A DNA stretch of 44,546 bases from an uncultured Eubacteriales bacterium (GCA_964428505.1 CAYRYQ010000005.1:1-44546); one strand, 5' to 3'; shown: positions 18,242 to 28,098, counted from the first letter of the stretch. Numbers and translations: made by a program. Notes: generated by a model not told the origin, from the sequence alone.

Positions 18242-21200
18242 CTAATTGGCATACAAAGCGGTATAAACCGTCTGATACACGCCGGTTCTGCGGTTTTGCA
18301 GCACCAGATATCCACGGTAATAGCGGTAACCGGCGGGCGCGCTGAAACGGGCTGTTTTCGCCAAAGATGCATCGGTGAAGGCCACCGTTATGGTGCCGTC
18401 GGCTCCTTCCAGCAGCAGCTGCTGCTGCGTCTGGTTGCTGGCCAATACCCCCGCGCCCAGCAAGGTCCAATCCCCCTCCACACGACGCTGGAAGACCGTC
18501 CCGTCGGTTCTTGCGATCATTTGCAGCGCGGCCGGCTGGTAAAGAGCCTGCAGCGTCAGATCCTGATCCATCACCACCGCATAATGCGCTTTTGTGGTCA
18601 GCAGGGTTTCCCCATCCAGGCTCCAGCCATAAAACTGCGTGCCTTCCGGCGCCTCGTCCGGCGTCAGAACCACTGCATCCCCATAAGCGTATGGCCCCGC
18701 ATGGTCTGCCGTACCATTCAGGAGCGTCAGCTGGCAGGGCGCCCCTGCCGTATAGCATGGCCGCACCAGCAAATCCTGCTGCACATTCAAAAGGCTGTGA
18801 TCCCAACCGGCAAAAAGAAGCTTTTCGTTTGATGTTGTAATCAACGGGGACTGTGCGTTTTGCCCTAAGTCAAGCAACCGCGCGGATAGGATCCGGTGAT
18901 CCTGATCCAAAAAAGTCACGGTCGCTTTCCCGGGTGTCTGAAATACACCGGTCAGTGTTGTATTTTTAGACAAGCGAAAAGTATAGGCAGGGGCCTCTGA
19001 AACTATTGTCCCGGTCTCGTCTTTCCAATACAAAAATGTTCCGGCATCCGCGGTCAGGGTAAACTCCGTCCCGCACCATGCGGTTTGCTGCGCTCCATTT
19101 TCAACCGAAGCCTGATTACAGGTGATGCTTCCGCTGCCGGAAGTCGCGGTGGTCAGCGTAAATAAGCCCTCCTGATAAAGCACCGCATTGACATTCAGAT
19201 CGCCGGTCACCGCCTCAAAACCGGTGTCCCAGCCGGTCATAACCTTGCCGCTGGGAACTGCATAGACAGGTGCTGCTGCGTTCTCGCCATATGCCACTGT
19301 CTGGGTATCCAGAAGCTGCCCATCCCCAAAAAACCGCACTGTAAAAGTGCGCGCCCGCATCAACGCCTGATAGGTCCAGATATCCCCGTTTTCTGTTTTG
19401 TTCCAATGATCCAACACCGTTGACGCCGTATCCGGCGAATAGCTTCCGCCTTCGGATGCCGGCAGGTAATCCTGATAAAGAAGCCCCCCCGCTTCATCCA
19501 GATAGATCATCTGGTAAACGCGTTCGCCCCGCGGTAATAGAACCGCTTTGCCGTTTTCTAATCCGAAAACGGCGTCAGAGATGTTTTGATTGAGCAAATA
19601 GACGGCCTGTGCGGCAGAAGTGCCTTGGCCCGCCTGGCTCTGCCCGGCATTCAGGCCGCTGCTTTTGCCGCTTAAATAATAACCTTGCAGAAAACCGCGG
19701 TTAACACCGGCCAAGGCGCCGCCATAGAGGGCGGCCGAACCGCCGTTTTCCGCGTAACAGCCTTCTAATGCACCTCCGTTGACCCCAACAATACCGCCGG
19801 AGGCGCTTTGCAGCTGTGTTTCCATGTAAATACCGTAATGGTCGGAAGGCGGGCAAACTTTGCCGCTGCTATCTGTGTAGGTATCCAGCAGCACCTTGTA
19901 ATAAGAAGTGGTGGTCAGCGTCTTGGAACCGAAGCAGAAATCGATCCGGGCCGAAGGCGTTACGTTAAAGCCGTTAATGGTATTCGAATTGTTGGTCGCG
20001 TCCACCGTTGCCTGCAGCGCCAGATCCGCGCTCCAGCCGGCAATCATATTATAGGGAATGCTGCCAGGGCTCATATTATAGTCTGCCGTGATATAAAACG
20101 GTGTGGTGTCTCCGCAAAGCGCCGCAATCCGATTCTGCAGCAGCGCGGCAGACTGGATTCGGGAATTCTCGTCCAGCGGGAAATGGGTATTAAAGTAATA
20201 AAATACCTCTCCGGTTGTTTTTACCTGCAGCTTTGCCCAGGTCACTGTTCGGTTCATGGTCTCGTTGAAGCAGTAGGAAGGCGTGTCCGGCGTAGCAGAC
20301 AGCCAGAAAACACCGTTGCTCAGTAAGTTGACTTTACTGGTCTTATAAAAAATCGGCGTGGCCTCAAACCCTTTGGTCGTATTGTCGCTGCCCACCCCAC
20401 GCCAGGTCCAAAGATAGCTGTATCCGCTGAAGTCTGTTGGCAAATAGGTCTTCCAGGTAGCGTCGGCCTCCTGAAAACCGATGAGATCCGGATCCTGCGC
20501 CAAAAGAACATTCTTGACCGGAATATGCCGGTCTGCCACGCCGTGAAGATCGCCGCTGGAATTGACCCGCAGATTCTGGCCAATGATTTTTACAGTGGTT
20601 GCCGTGGAGGAAACATTGCCCGTAAAGAGGCAATCCTCCATCAGCCCTCCTAAATTATTGCCCGCAATTCCGCCTGCCACATTCCCGGAAACGGTGCCGC
20701 TCACCTGCAGGTGCGTAAGACTGCCGCTGCGGCCCAACACGCCGACAAGCCCCGCAACCGGCAGCCCGGATTGGGAAAGATTCCGGATCTGATAGCCGGC
20801 GCCGTCAAAAATCCCTTCAAACGGAGTGCTGAACGCATTTCCGATCGGTGCAAAGGATACCCCAGTCAGATCAATATCCGCACCCAGCACAACACCTTTA
20901 TTCGTCATGCGGTCTCCGCCATTGACCATGTTGGCCAATGCGACCAGCTGGCTTGCAGTGGTGATGGTATACGTGATCGGTACAAAACGGGCATAAAACA
21001 CCTCATCTGTCCGGCTTCCTGCCGGAATAGAGAGGACCCTTTCAGCCGAAAAATCCGCCTTGCGATACCAGCCGGCAAACAGCTGGCCGTCTTTTTTCAG
21101 CGCATGCAGACCGGGCAGCTGAACGGTGTCGGCAACCGTATAGGTTTCGGCGGGCTGAGCGGTAAACGTCCCGCCGTTCACCACATAAGAGAGCGAATAC

Positions 21201-24073
21201 TGAATGGCGATGGCGCTACCGGTCAGGGTCAGATCCTGAGAAAAGGCCAGCTTGTCCAGCAATTGCTCTGCGCCGGAAACTGTCACAGTCGTATAAATAT
21301 ATCCGGGCTGATTGAAATAAACCGGCATTCTCGATACGCCATAACAAGTATAAGTGCCGGACGGATTTGCGCTTTGCAGCACCGCGCGGAATACCGTTTC
21401 CCCGCAATCGGGAAACACCGGCTGCTTGTTGCGCACCGCAAAACCGCAGGTCCAGGCCGCGGCAAACGGGGCGCTTTTCTCAAACGAGGTGGCGTAGGGG
21501 TCCGTACCATCGCCGGTATAAAAACAATTTACAATCTTACCGCTGAGGTCGGTTCCGCCGGAATACAGCCCCATCGGATAACTTGCAGGGCCGCTCAGCG
21601 CGCCGAGGTTCACGCAGCGGTCCAAAACCGCGCTGCTCTGCCCCCAGGCCATGATGCCGCAGGCCCGGCTGTTCACGGTCGTTACAGCGCCATAATTGAT
21701 GCACTGCACCAGGCGGGAATAATAGGTTTTGCTGTCATACGGGCTCTTGGCTGAGCGCGCCTGAGAAACAATGCCGCCAATTCCGTTGCTGCCGTCCAAA
21801 GCGCTCACAGCCGCCTGATTGGAGCAGCGCTCAAACAGAGTGCCGTCGCCAAAACCGGCGATCCCGCCGACCTTGTCCAATCCGGTGACGCTGCCCGTGC
21901 CGATCCTCAAATCCCGGATCACCGCGCAGGAGGTGCGGCCAAACAGCCCTACCCCCACCTTGGTCGGCTCATTGATCACAAAATGCCGGATGGTATGGCC
22001 GTTTCCTTCCAGCGTTCCGTAGAAAGCGGGAAGATTCGGCACATCGGTGCCTGAAAATGCACCCCCGATTGGCGCAATCGTTTCCTGATTAAAATCCAGA
22101 TCCGCCAGCAGAGCAACGGTGCAGCCGTAAAACGGCACCCCCGCGTTCACCTGCGCCGCCAGCTGCTTCCAGTCGGCGGTATCGGCGATCTGAAAGCGCT
22201 TCAGATCAGAAAACAGCGCATAATCCTTCAATGGCGCCGACGCGGTGGTCGTGTAGGCCAATGCGCTTTTCAGCCGGCTCAGCTGCGTTATCGCCGCGCT
22301 GCAGTCCTGCCCTGCCTGAAAAGCGGTTTTCAGCGCATCCAGCGCCGTTTGATACGCCGAAAGACTTGCGGCGGTATAGCACCCGGAGGCAACCCGGCTG
22401 TTTCCTTCCGCAATGGCCGCCGCAGCCGCCCCAAGGGCAGAACGGACAATGACGTTCAGCGAATAGGCGGCAGTGGCTTTGCCGTCATAAGAGAGCACCT
22501 CCAACGTCATGGAATTGTTGCCCTCCACGCAAGGAACAGCAGACAAATCGCTGTTGCCGTTTACCTTCAGCGTTGTCCCGATCGGGGCGGAAATCCCGAA
22601 ATCAGCAAGATTCAGGGTTGTTTGATCCGTATAAACCGTAATGGACTGCGCATTCTTCGAGACCGCGGAGGCGAGCAAAACCAGGGGCGGCACCGTAGCG
22701 CTGGAAATCGTGCAGGCCGCATCGATCCAATAGAAACCGGCGTTGTACCCGGTGCCCATAGTCGGCGCCTTTCCCAAAACGCTCTGATAATCCGCAAGAG
22801 AATCGGTAAAGAAATTATCCCGGATATTCAGGGTCGTAACCGCATTGACCTGCCGCTGGAATTTTGTAAATCCCACAAAACGGTTCTGTGAGATCGTGAC
22901 CCGATCGGATAGATTTGTATTGGATACATCTGCCGCTGTCAGATAGTCTGAATAGGTCTTATCATAAGTAATATTCCAGTAAAAAGGATCCGACGCGGTC
23001 AGCGTGGAGGAAAGAAAGGTATTGCCCTGCACCAAGATCTGGTAGCCCTTTTTGACAAAAAGAGATAAAACATAATCCGCGCAGTCCCCTGAAAAAATAT
23101 TATTTGTAAACTGAATCAAACAGGCGCCGTTATATTTGTTCAGCCCCTCCATCGTCATGAAGAATCCTTTTCCTTCAGTAGAAAGGAACTGGTCGAAGTA
23201 GCAGTTCTTCACTGTAAAAGACGCATTCTGAAAATAACGCCGCCATTGGGGAAATCCAAAATAGGTGGTGGTTCCGGCGACCGTCACCAAACCATCCACC
23301 GAATAAACCGGCGGAATAGAATTGCTGCTGATCCGGCTGCTGGTCAGCGTTTCCAGCCGACAATTTTTGAGGGCAAAGCTGTCCTTGTTCCCGGCTCCGC
23401 TCTCCGCGGTATTAGCGCTGTTGGCATTGGCAAGATTAAAAACCCAGGTTCCGGTGGAAACGCCGCTCTTCTGCCGCACAATGATGTTTTCCAGCGTAAT
23501 GCCGGTTGCCACCGAACTGATCGCGCGGGCGGTATCCTCAAAGGTTCCCTGCATGACCAGCCCGCGAACGGCCACCTCCCCGGTGGTGCCCGCCGTAACC
23601 GTAATTTTGCCGGCAACGCTTTCCAGTTCCGCCACCCGTTTCGGGTTCGCCGCCGGGCAAGCTGTGTCTCCTTCGACAATCTGATTGGGATTTTCGCGAT
23701 AATAATACCCATAGAGCTCCACCGGCCCGCTGATGGTGATATTCCCCAGCTCTCCGGAAAGCGCAAAGATCCGTGGGGTTCCCCCTAAGCGAGACGCCGC
23801 CTGATAAGCCGCCGAAAAGGTGGAAAAAATGTTTTGCCCTACCGTAAACGAGTAATCATTTCCATCCCAAAACGCGTGATACGCTTCCCCGTCTTCTTTC
23901 AGCGACACGGCAGGATCATAAGCCACCCCGCCCATTGCTGTATACGCAGAAAAATCCGGCGCCGAATCGGTGGAAGCCAGGCTCCCATCCGCCCCGGAAA
24001 CAAAAGTACAAAGGCTGAATAGCAAAATTGCCGTCATCAGTCGGGCAACTGCCGTTTCCCATTTTTTCAACAT
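18242..24073 (-). CDS. Giant (1943 aa) secreted multidomain protein: beta-helix, GLUG-motif modules, endonuclease/exonuclease/phosphatase (EEP) domain, InlB-B (Listeria-Bacteroides) repeats
   Basis: Signal peptide MLKKWETAVARLMTAILLFSLCTFVSGA. GLUG-like motifs: VGGIAGFGDG, AGGIAGNNLGGLMEDC, SGGIVGVNGGALEGC. EEP hallmarks at about 19811-20593: IGFQEA, NTHF, RIDFCF, PSDHYG. InlB-B-type repeats: LFAGWY, MTGWD, LFAGWD, FYGWS. No LPXTG or S-layer-homology (SLH) anchor seen. Confidence 0.75.
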   Translation of the reverse strand: MLKKWETAVARLMTAILLFSLCTFVSGADGSLASTDSAPDFSAYTAMGGVAYDPAVSLKEDGEAYHAFWDGNDYSFTVGQNIFSTFSAAYQAASRLGGTPRIFALSGELGNITISGPVELYGYYYRENPNQIVEGDTACPAANPKRVAELESVAGKITVTAGTTGEVAVRGLVMQGTFEDTARAISSVATGITLENIIVRQKSGVSTGTWVFNLANANSANTAESGAGNKDSFALKNCRLETLTSSRISSNSIPPVYSVDGLVTVAGTTTYFGFPQWRRYFQNASFTVKNCYFDQFLSTEGKGFFMTMEGLNKYNGACLIQFTNNIFSGDCADYVLSLFVKKGYQILVQGNTFLSSTLTASDPFYWNITYDKTYSDYLTAADVSNTNLSDRVTISQNRFVGFTKFQRQVNAVTTLNIRDNFFTDSLADYQSVLGKAPTMGTGYNAGFYWIDAACTISSATVPPLVLLASAVSKNAQSITVYTDQTTLNLADFGISAPIGTTLKVNGNSDLSAVPCVEGNNSMTLEVLSYDGKATAAYSLNVIVRSALGAAAAAIAEGNSRVASGCYTAASLSAYQTALDALKTAFQAGQDCSAAITQLSRLKSALAYTTTASAPLKDYALFSDLKRFQIADTADWKQLAAQVNAGVPFYGCTVALLADLDFNQETIAPIGGAFSGTDVPNLPAFYGTLEGNGHTIRHFVINEPTKVGVGLFGRTSCAVIRDLRIGTGSVTGLDKVGGIAGFGDGTLFERCSNQAAVSALDGSNGIGGIVSQARSAKSPYDSKTYYSRLVQCINYGAVTTVNSRACGIMAWGQSSAVLDRCVNLGALSGPASYPMGLYSGGTDLSGKIVNCFYTGDGTDPYATSFEKSAPFAAAWTCGFAVRNKQPVFPDCGETVFRAVLQSANPSGTYTCYGVSRMPVYFNQPGYIYTTVTVSGAEQLLDKLAFSQDLTLTGSAIAIQYSLSYVVNGGTFTAQPAETYTVADTVQLPGLHALKKDGQLFAGWYRKADFSAERVLSIPAGSRTDEVFYARFVPITYTITTASQLVALANMVNGGDRMTNKGVVLGADIDLTGVSFAPIGNAFSTPFEGIFDGAGYQIRNLSQSGLPVAGLVGVLGRSGSLTHLQVSGTVSGNVAGGIAGNNLGGLMEDCLFTGNVSSTATTVKIIGQNLRVNSSGDLHGVADRHIPVKNVLLAQDPDLIGFQEADATWKTYLPTDFSGYSYLWTWRGVGSDNTTKGFEATPIFYKTSKVNLLSNGVFWLSATPDTPSYCFNETMNRTVTWAKLQVKTTGEVFYYFNTHFPLDENSRIQSAALLQNRIAALCGDTTPFYITADYNMSPGSIPYNMIAGWSADLALQATVDATNNSNTINGFNVTPSARIDFCFGSKTLTTTSYYKVLLDTYTDSSGKVCPPSDHYGIYMETQLQSASGGIVGVNGGALEGCYAENGGSAALYGGALAGVNRGFLQGYYLSGKSSGLNAGQSQAGQGTSAAQAVYLLNQNISDAVFGLENGKAVLLPRGERVYQMIYLDEAGGLLYQDYLPASEGGSYSPDTASTVLDHWNKTENGDIWTYQALMRARTFTVRFFGDGQLLDTQTVAYGENAAAPVYAVPSGKVMTGWDTGFEAVTGDLNVNAVLYQEGLFTLTTATSGSGSITCNQASVENGAQQTAWCGTEFTLTADAGTFLYWKDETGTIVSEAPAYTFRLSKNTTLTGVFQTPGKATVTFLDQDHRILSARLLDLGQNAQSPLITTSNEKLLFAGWDHSLLNVQQDLLVRPCYTAGAPCQLTLLNGTADHAGPYAYGDAVVLTPDEAPEGTQFYGWSLDGETLLTTKAHYAVVMDQDLTLQALYQPAALQMIARTDGTVFQRRVEGDWTLLGAGVLASNQTQQQLLLEGADGTITVAFTDASLAKTARFSAPAGYRYYRGYLVLQNRRTGVYQTVYTALYAN

Positions 24074-24110
24074 TACAAGGTTCCTTTCCCCTTCAACATT
24101 CTATGTAATC

Positions 24111-24139
24111 ATCATACCACATTCAAACCTTTTTTTCAA
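24111..24139 (-). promoter_or_regulatory. Sigma-A promoter (extended -10) for the giant secreted-protein gene
   Basis: Reverse strand: TTGAAA (24139-24134), 17-nt spacer ending TGG, TATGAT (24116-24111). Confidence 0.5.
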
Positions 24140-24214
24140 TTATAATACTGTAAATAAAATAGGAGTCCCGCGTCTCTTCGCTTTTAAAAAATGCTATAAA
24201 AAAAGAGCCGACAT

Positions 24215-24245
24215 AACGTCAGCTTTTTTCATTCAGCAAAATGCG
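24215..24245 (-). terminator. Terminator downstream of the metallophosphoesterase gene
   Basis: Reverse strand: AGCTGAC-gttat-GTCGGCT followed by TCTTTTTTT. Confidence 0.55.
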
Positions 24246-24374
24246 GAGTCTCCTAAAAGCCGGTCAAACGCCTGCCCCGGCGCGGTTTCCGCCCCTTTTA
24301 CCGGCAAGCAAACCGATCCTGCCCGGCCTCTCCGTTCTTTGATCTCCAAACCCTGCCCAGCCTTGAAGGTATGC

Positions 24375-25094
24375 TTATTGGGCCGGAATCAATTCTACTA
24401 TCACCAGCTCGGTTTTATTAAAAAGCCTTGGGATCGGCCCCCCCGTATTGGAAAGCCCCCGGCTGACAATGAGTCGATTGTCGTAAACGCCGGAGGTGTA
24501 CTTCGGAAAGAGCCCCTGTCCCGGCGCGTAAAGCCCGCGTCCCAGAAAGCGTATTTGTCCCCCGTGTGCGTGGCCGGAAAGAATCAGGTCGACCGTGGTC
24601 TTTTTCAGATATGATTCATAATATTCGGGATGGTGGCAGAGCAAAAGCTTGAAGCCGTCCCCTTTTGAATAGGAGGATAGCCATTTGAGGTTGGGCCTTT
24701 GTTCCTTGGGAGAAACGGCGTGACGCGACCCCATTCCTCCGGACGTCAGCCCCCCGATACGAAGCCCTTTAAACTGCATTTCAGCATCGTCCAGAACCGT
24801 AATGCCCAGCTTCGTCAGCATTGCAAGATCGGCTTGCCCGATAAAACGGTCGTGGTTTCCGATGGAATAGAAGGTGGGGGCAGTCTCCGCACAAAATTTC
24901 ATAAACGCGGGTGCGTGCATAGAGGCGGCAATCGTTCCGTCGACAAGATCGCCGCAAATGGCAATAAAGTCTGGCTTTTGAGCAGCCAGCGCGCATTCAA
25001 GCGCAGAGACGGGGCGGTCGTGCAGATCCGCAATCAGCGCAATGCGGTATGCCCGGTCAATTTTCTTGGGGATCCGATATGTGATTAATTCCAT
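24375..25094 (-). CDS. Calcineurin-like metallophosphoesterase (YkuE/YaeI-like)
   Basis: Motifs IADLHD, CGDLVD, GNHD, GHAHGGQ. Confidence 0.85.
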   Translation of the reverse strand: MELITYRIPKKIDRAYRIALIADLHDRPVSALECALAAQKPDFIAICGDLVDGTIAASMHAPAFMKFCAETAPTFYSIGNHDRFIGQADLAMLTKLGITVLDDAEMQFKGLRIGGLTSGGMGSRHAVSPKEQRPNLKWLSSYSKGDGFKLLLCHHPEYYESYLKKTTVDLILSGHAHGGQIRFLGRGLYAPGQGLFPKYTSGVYDNRLIVSRGLSNTGGPIPRLFNKTELVIVELIPAQ

Positions 25095-25229
25095 TCGATT
25101 GCCCCGTGTTCTTTTCTCATTTTATTTTCCATGTGGTCATCTCCTTACCGGATATTATATCCTCTCCGGATTCTTCTTTCAAGACAGCTAAAGATCCGTC
25201 CCTGTCTTCTGTTCCCCCGGCAAAACCTT

Positions 25230-25409
25230 TTATTTTTCCTTGGTCAACCAACGGAAGTCTGGCAAAACCGCGCATCTGTTATAACTGCCGAAATACTGTT
25301 TGTTGAGAGAAGTTTCAGAAAAAGAAAACCCGATTCTACCTTCGGAAAAAGCGGTCAGAAACACAGCGTTTTCATAAGCCGGGTAATCTTTAAAATAAGT
25401 GGTAATCAT
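25230..25409 (-). CDS. Small hypothetical protein (59 aa), translationally coupled to the upstream ORF
   Basis: Found by hand; it is below the track cutoff. MITTYFKDYPAYENAVFLTAFSEGRIGFSFSETSLNKQYFGSYNRCAVLPDFRWLTKEK. Its ATG overlaps the TGA of ORF 25406-25723 (ATGA). Confidence 0.35.
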   Translation of the reverse strand: MITTYFKDYPAYENAVFLTAFSEGRIGFSFSETSLNKQYFGSYNRCAVLPDFRWLTKEK

Positions 25410-25723
25410 GCTTTCCCACGGACTCCCGTTTGTTTTTTGATCGTATTGTTTCCGGTGCCGTTCAGGGTTCGATTCAAAAATTCTGTATAGACTTCCCGTT
25501 CCGTCTCAGTTAATTCCACCCCATGGTCTTCCCCGGGAAAATAAACAATGATCGACTCCATGCGGCGATCATCGGTAATAGTCGGCAGCAAATCGCTGCT
25601 TTTATGATAAATTTCGTCATCTAGTTCGAGCCCCATCGAAATAAAAGACCGATCCGGATCTTGGGTATAGGTCTTTATTTTAATTTCCTCTTCTTCAACC
25701 GGGTGTTCCAAATCTCCGTTCAA
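25406..25723 (-). CDS. Hypothetical acidic protein (up to 105 aa; start uncertain)
   Basis: The track ORF starts at a TTG directly after an in-frame TGA. Internal ATGs (MGLELDD, MESIIVY) are alternative starts. No recognisable family. Confidence 0.35.
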   Translation of the reverse strand: MNGDLEHPVEEEEIKIKTYTQDPDRSFISMGLELDDEIYHKSSDLLPTITDDRRMESIIVYFPGEDHGVELTETEREVYTEFLNRTLNGTGNNTIKKQTGVRGKA

Positions 25724-25754
25724 TCAATGCCGTTAAATTTTGTCAACCACAGAA

Positions 25755-25794
25755 CCGTCCCCTGATTTATAAGTCGTAGGAAGACAGGGGACGG
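25755..25794. repeat. Perfect 10-bp inverted repeat (REP-like hairpin) built from two copies of the island motif
   Basis: CCGTCCCCTG (25755-25764), 20-nt loop, CAGGGGACGG (25785-25794). Confidence 0.8.
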
Positions 25795-25908
25795 CACGAT
25801 GTTTTTTGTAAGCACGGATGAACCGTCCCCCTGCGTTTCCTTTTTTGGTTTCACGCTAACCGTCCCCTGTCCTTCTTAGCACATATAACCGTTCCCTGTC
25901 TTCCCGTC

Positions 25909-26097
25909 TTATTTCTTTAAATTAATATAAATTATTATAAAACTAAATATCATATAAATCCAAAGGATAATAAGAGAACATCGTCTTAATAAACGATACC
26001 CATTGGGATGATTGAAAAGAAAAACACCTAAACATATTATGGCCACAGCCACTACAGCAGCAATTGTAATTAATAATACCATTGTACGCTTCTTCAT
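25909..26097 (-). CDS. Small two-TM protein, putative immunity protein for the orphan Rhs tip
   Basis: MKKRTMVLLITIAAVVAVAIICLGVFLF...LIILWIYMIFSFIIIYI. Starts 11 nt after the orphan stop, with AGAGAGGTG as RBS. Low GC. Confidence 0.55.
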   Translation of the reverse strand: MKKRTMVLLITIAAVVAVAIICLGVFLFNHPNGYRLLRRCSLIILWIYMIFSFIIIYINLKK

Positions 26098-26108
26098 TAT
26101 ACACCTCT

Positions 26109-27128
26109 CTATTGGCTTGCTATACGTGTAATACGTACTCCTCTTCCAAAAATGGTAAGTACATAGACTTTAATTCCCCTACCAGCAGCATTATAATACG
26201 CTAATATTCCCGCAACTGTACCAGAAAACCATGTAAACGTACCAAAGAATGCCGCTAAAAATGGGCCAACTGGAGGTGGGATAATAGCAGTAATAACCCC
26301 AGCAAAAGCAGTACTTGCACCTATGATCATTAATTTTGCAATAATTAAATTTACTGTTTTACTTGAAATATAGTACCAATATGAATATCCAGTTGGGTCG
26401 ACATACATAACTGGATCATTCCTACAATAAGTATACAAATTTGCCGCAACACCAGTATCTCCCTCATGGAAGATCGGGTCATCCTTACTGATGAATCTTC
26501 CCAATCCCGGGTCATAATAGCGGCTTTGCAGGTAATAAAGGCCAGTCTCGGTATCGTAATAATACCCTCTGTAGCGTAAGGAGTTTGCAAGCCCTAAGGT
26601 GCCCGCCTCAGGTCCGCCGATTTGAGTTAAATTGCCCCATGTATCATAAGAGTAGGTGACCAATCTGGTATGACCAAAATCAATAATTCCGGTAATATCC
26701 CCTTGCAGATTACGCTCATAAAATAATTTGACACCATTGTAAACCATGTATACCGGATTATTATTTTCATCATAAATATATTGGATTGTATTGGTACCAT
26801 CGGTTTCCCCTACAATCGTATTGCCGTCCAGTGTATAGGTCGTGGTGACGCCGTTCACGGTTTTCCCGGTGCGGATCCCATCATAGCGATAGGTATATGA
26901 CGCGGTATTCCCCAAACCGGAGTTGGTGGCCCCTGTCAGATTGCCGTTGCTCCAGCTATAGGTCCATCCGTTATACGCCGTCAGATTCCCTTCGTTGTCA
27001 TAGCTGAGAGACTGCCCGCCGCAGCCGGTCAGCTGATCCGGATCGCCGGAATTTCCGTAGGTATAGGTCTGGGTGTAAACCGCCGGTATCGAAGATAAAT
27101 CTTCCTGTCTTGTATACTTAGATTCCAA
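26109..27128 (-). CDS. Orphan Rhs C-terminal module (last YD repeats plus an alternative hydrophobic tip); probably silent as it stands
   Basis: Residues YTRQEDLSS...GVAANLY are identical to the main Rhs protein. The sequence then diverges: [16 protein letters not shown] followed by an ~87-aa Gly/Ala-rich hydrophobic tail. The only start is a TTG (MESK) with no RBS, and homology to the main gene begins at 27116. Confidence 0.75.
   Translation of the reverse strand: MESKYTRQEDLSSIPAVYTQTYTYGNSGDPDQLTGCGGQSLSYDNEGNLTAYNGWTYSWSNGNLTGATNSGLGNTASYTYRYDGIRTGKTVNGVTTTYTLDGNTIVGETDGTNTIQYIYDENNNPVYMVYNGVKLFYERNLQGDITGIIDFGHTRLVTYSYDTWGNLTQIGGPEAGTLGLANSLRYRGYYYDTETGLYYLQSRYYDPGLGRFISKDDPIFHEGDTGVAANLYTYCRNDPVMYVDPTGYSYWYYISSKTVNLIIAKLMIIGASTAFAGVITAIIPPPVGPFLAAFFGTFTWFSGTVAGILAYYNAAGRGIKVYVLTIFGRGVRITRIASQ
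26440..27116 (-). repeat. Direct repeat copy A (677 bp), apparently identical to 28985-29661
   Basis: Aligned by eye, block by block, with a constant offset of 2545 bp. No mismatch noticed. Confidence 0.85.
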
Positions 27129-27221
27129 CCAATGGAACTATAGGTGTGAGAGACAGGGGACGGGACACAAGGGGACGAATCATCATTTGTGTTTGTCTTT
27201 GCCTGTCTTTCTTTTAAAACA

Positions 27222-28098
27222 TAGAACAAGGCATGGTTTAAGGATGCTGAATGGATTGCTACGCTTTTGCAGCATGGATTACTGGAGCCGTCTTTTGTCC
27301 CGGAAAGAATGATCCGGGATTTACGGGAATTTTCCCGTACCTAATAAAAATGCCGTCGGAGATAGAAGCCGATACTTGAACCGGATGGAAAAGTTTCTTC
27401 AAACGCATGGCTTTAAACTTTCCAGTGTGTTGAGTGATATTAACAGCGTCAGCGGTATAAATATTCTTTCTGTGCTTGCTGAAAAAGGCAGTCTCTCTAT
27501 TGAAGATACGTTGTCAGCACTTAAAGGAAGGCATAAGTATACCGCAGACAACATACAAAAAGCAATCTGCGGTACACTCAATGCAAACGAATGTTTCCTG
27601 CTTCAAGATTTTATGAACGAAGTCAGGCACATCCAGGAACATATTAACAGAATCCTTGAAAAAATGTAAAACATTGCCGAACCATATCGGGATGTCCTTG
27701 AAAGACTGGATTGTATCCCGGGAATTGATCAGGTAGCCGCTCTTTTGATTCTGGCTGAAATCGGAGATTGTCCGAGTAAAAATTTCCGTACCTCCCGCCA
27801 TCTTTGTTCATGGGCTGGTCTTTCGCCAAGAAATGATGAAAGTGCCGGAAAACTTAAATCGAAAAAAATACTGCCCGGAAATCCTTACGTGAAATCCATT
27901 CTTTTCCAGGTCGCTTGGGCTGCGGTTAAAAACCGAAAAACGCCTCTTGGTAATTGGTTCTGGTCTCGGCAAGGGAAAATCGGTAAAAAGAAAGCAATTA
28001 TTGCGGTGTCCCGAAAAACTCTTACACTCTGTTATGCGCTCATTTCCAACAACACTTATTACGACATTAACTACATATCCCGTCCTTTGACTGAATAA
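27222..28098 (+). mobile_element. IS110-family transposase remnant (N-terminal DEDD domain missing; one frameshift and one in-frame stop)
   Basis: (K)AWFKDAEWIATLLQHGLLEPSFVPERMIRDLREFSRT, then a frameshift near 27340. Then RYLNRMEKFLQTHGFKLSSVLSDINSVSG...ILEKM, then a TAA at about 27667. Then CIPGIDQVAALLILAEIGDC..FRTSRHLCSWAGLSPRNDESAGK...GNPYVKSILFQVAWAAV (Transposase_20 signature). Confidence 0.75.

Noticed and set aside
20711-21754. 347-aa plus-strand ORF and other ORFs inside 18242-24073
   Set aside because: They are antisense or out of frame relative to the 1943-aa gene, whose single frame has coherent domain motifs across its whole length.
23970-24614. 214-aa plus-strand ORF spanning the giant-gene promoter region and the metallophosphoesterase 3' end
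   Set aside because: It crosses a promoter, an intergenic terminator and the antisense of a motif-supported gene. It has no RBS.
25106-25490. Plus-strand ORFs 25106-25306 and 25131-25490
   Set aside because: Translations are low-complexity and lack an RBS. The reverse strand carries a better-supported coupled ORF pair.
27376-28098. Two ORFs (27376-27669 and 27745-28098) that could be called as separate intact genes
   Set aside because: Together with upstream sequence from about 27222 they are consecutive pieces of one IS110-family transposase, interrupted by a frameshift and a stop. They were called as a single decayed element instead.
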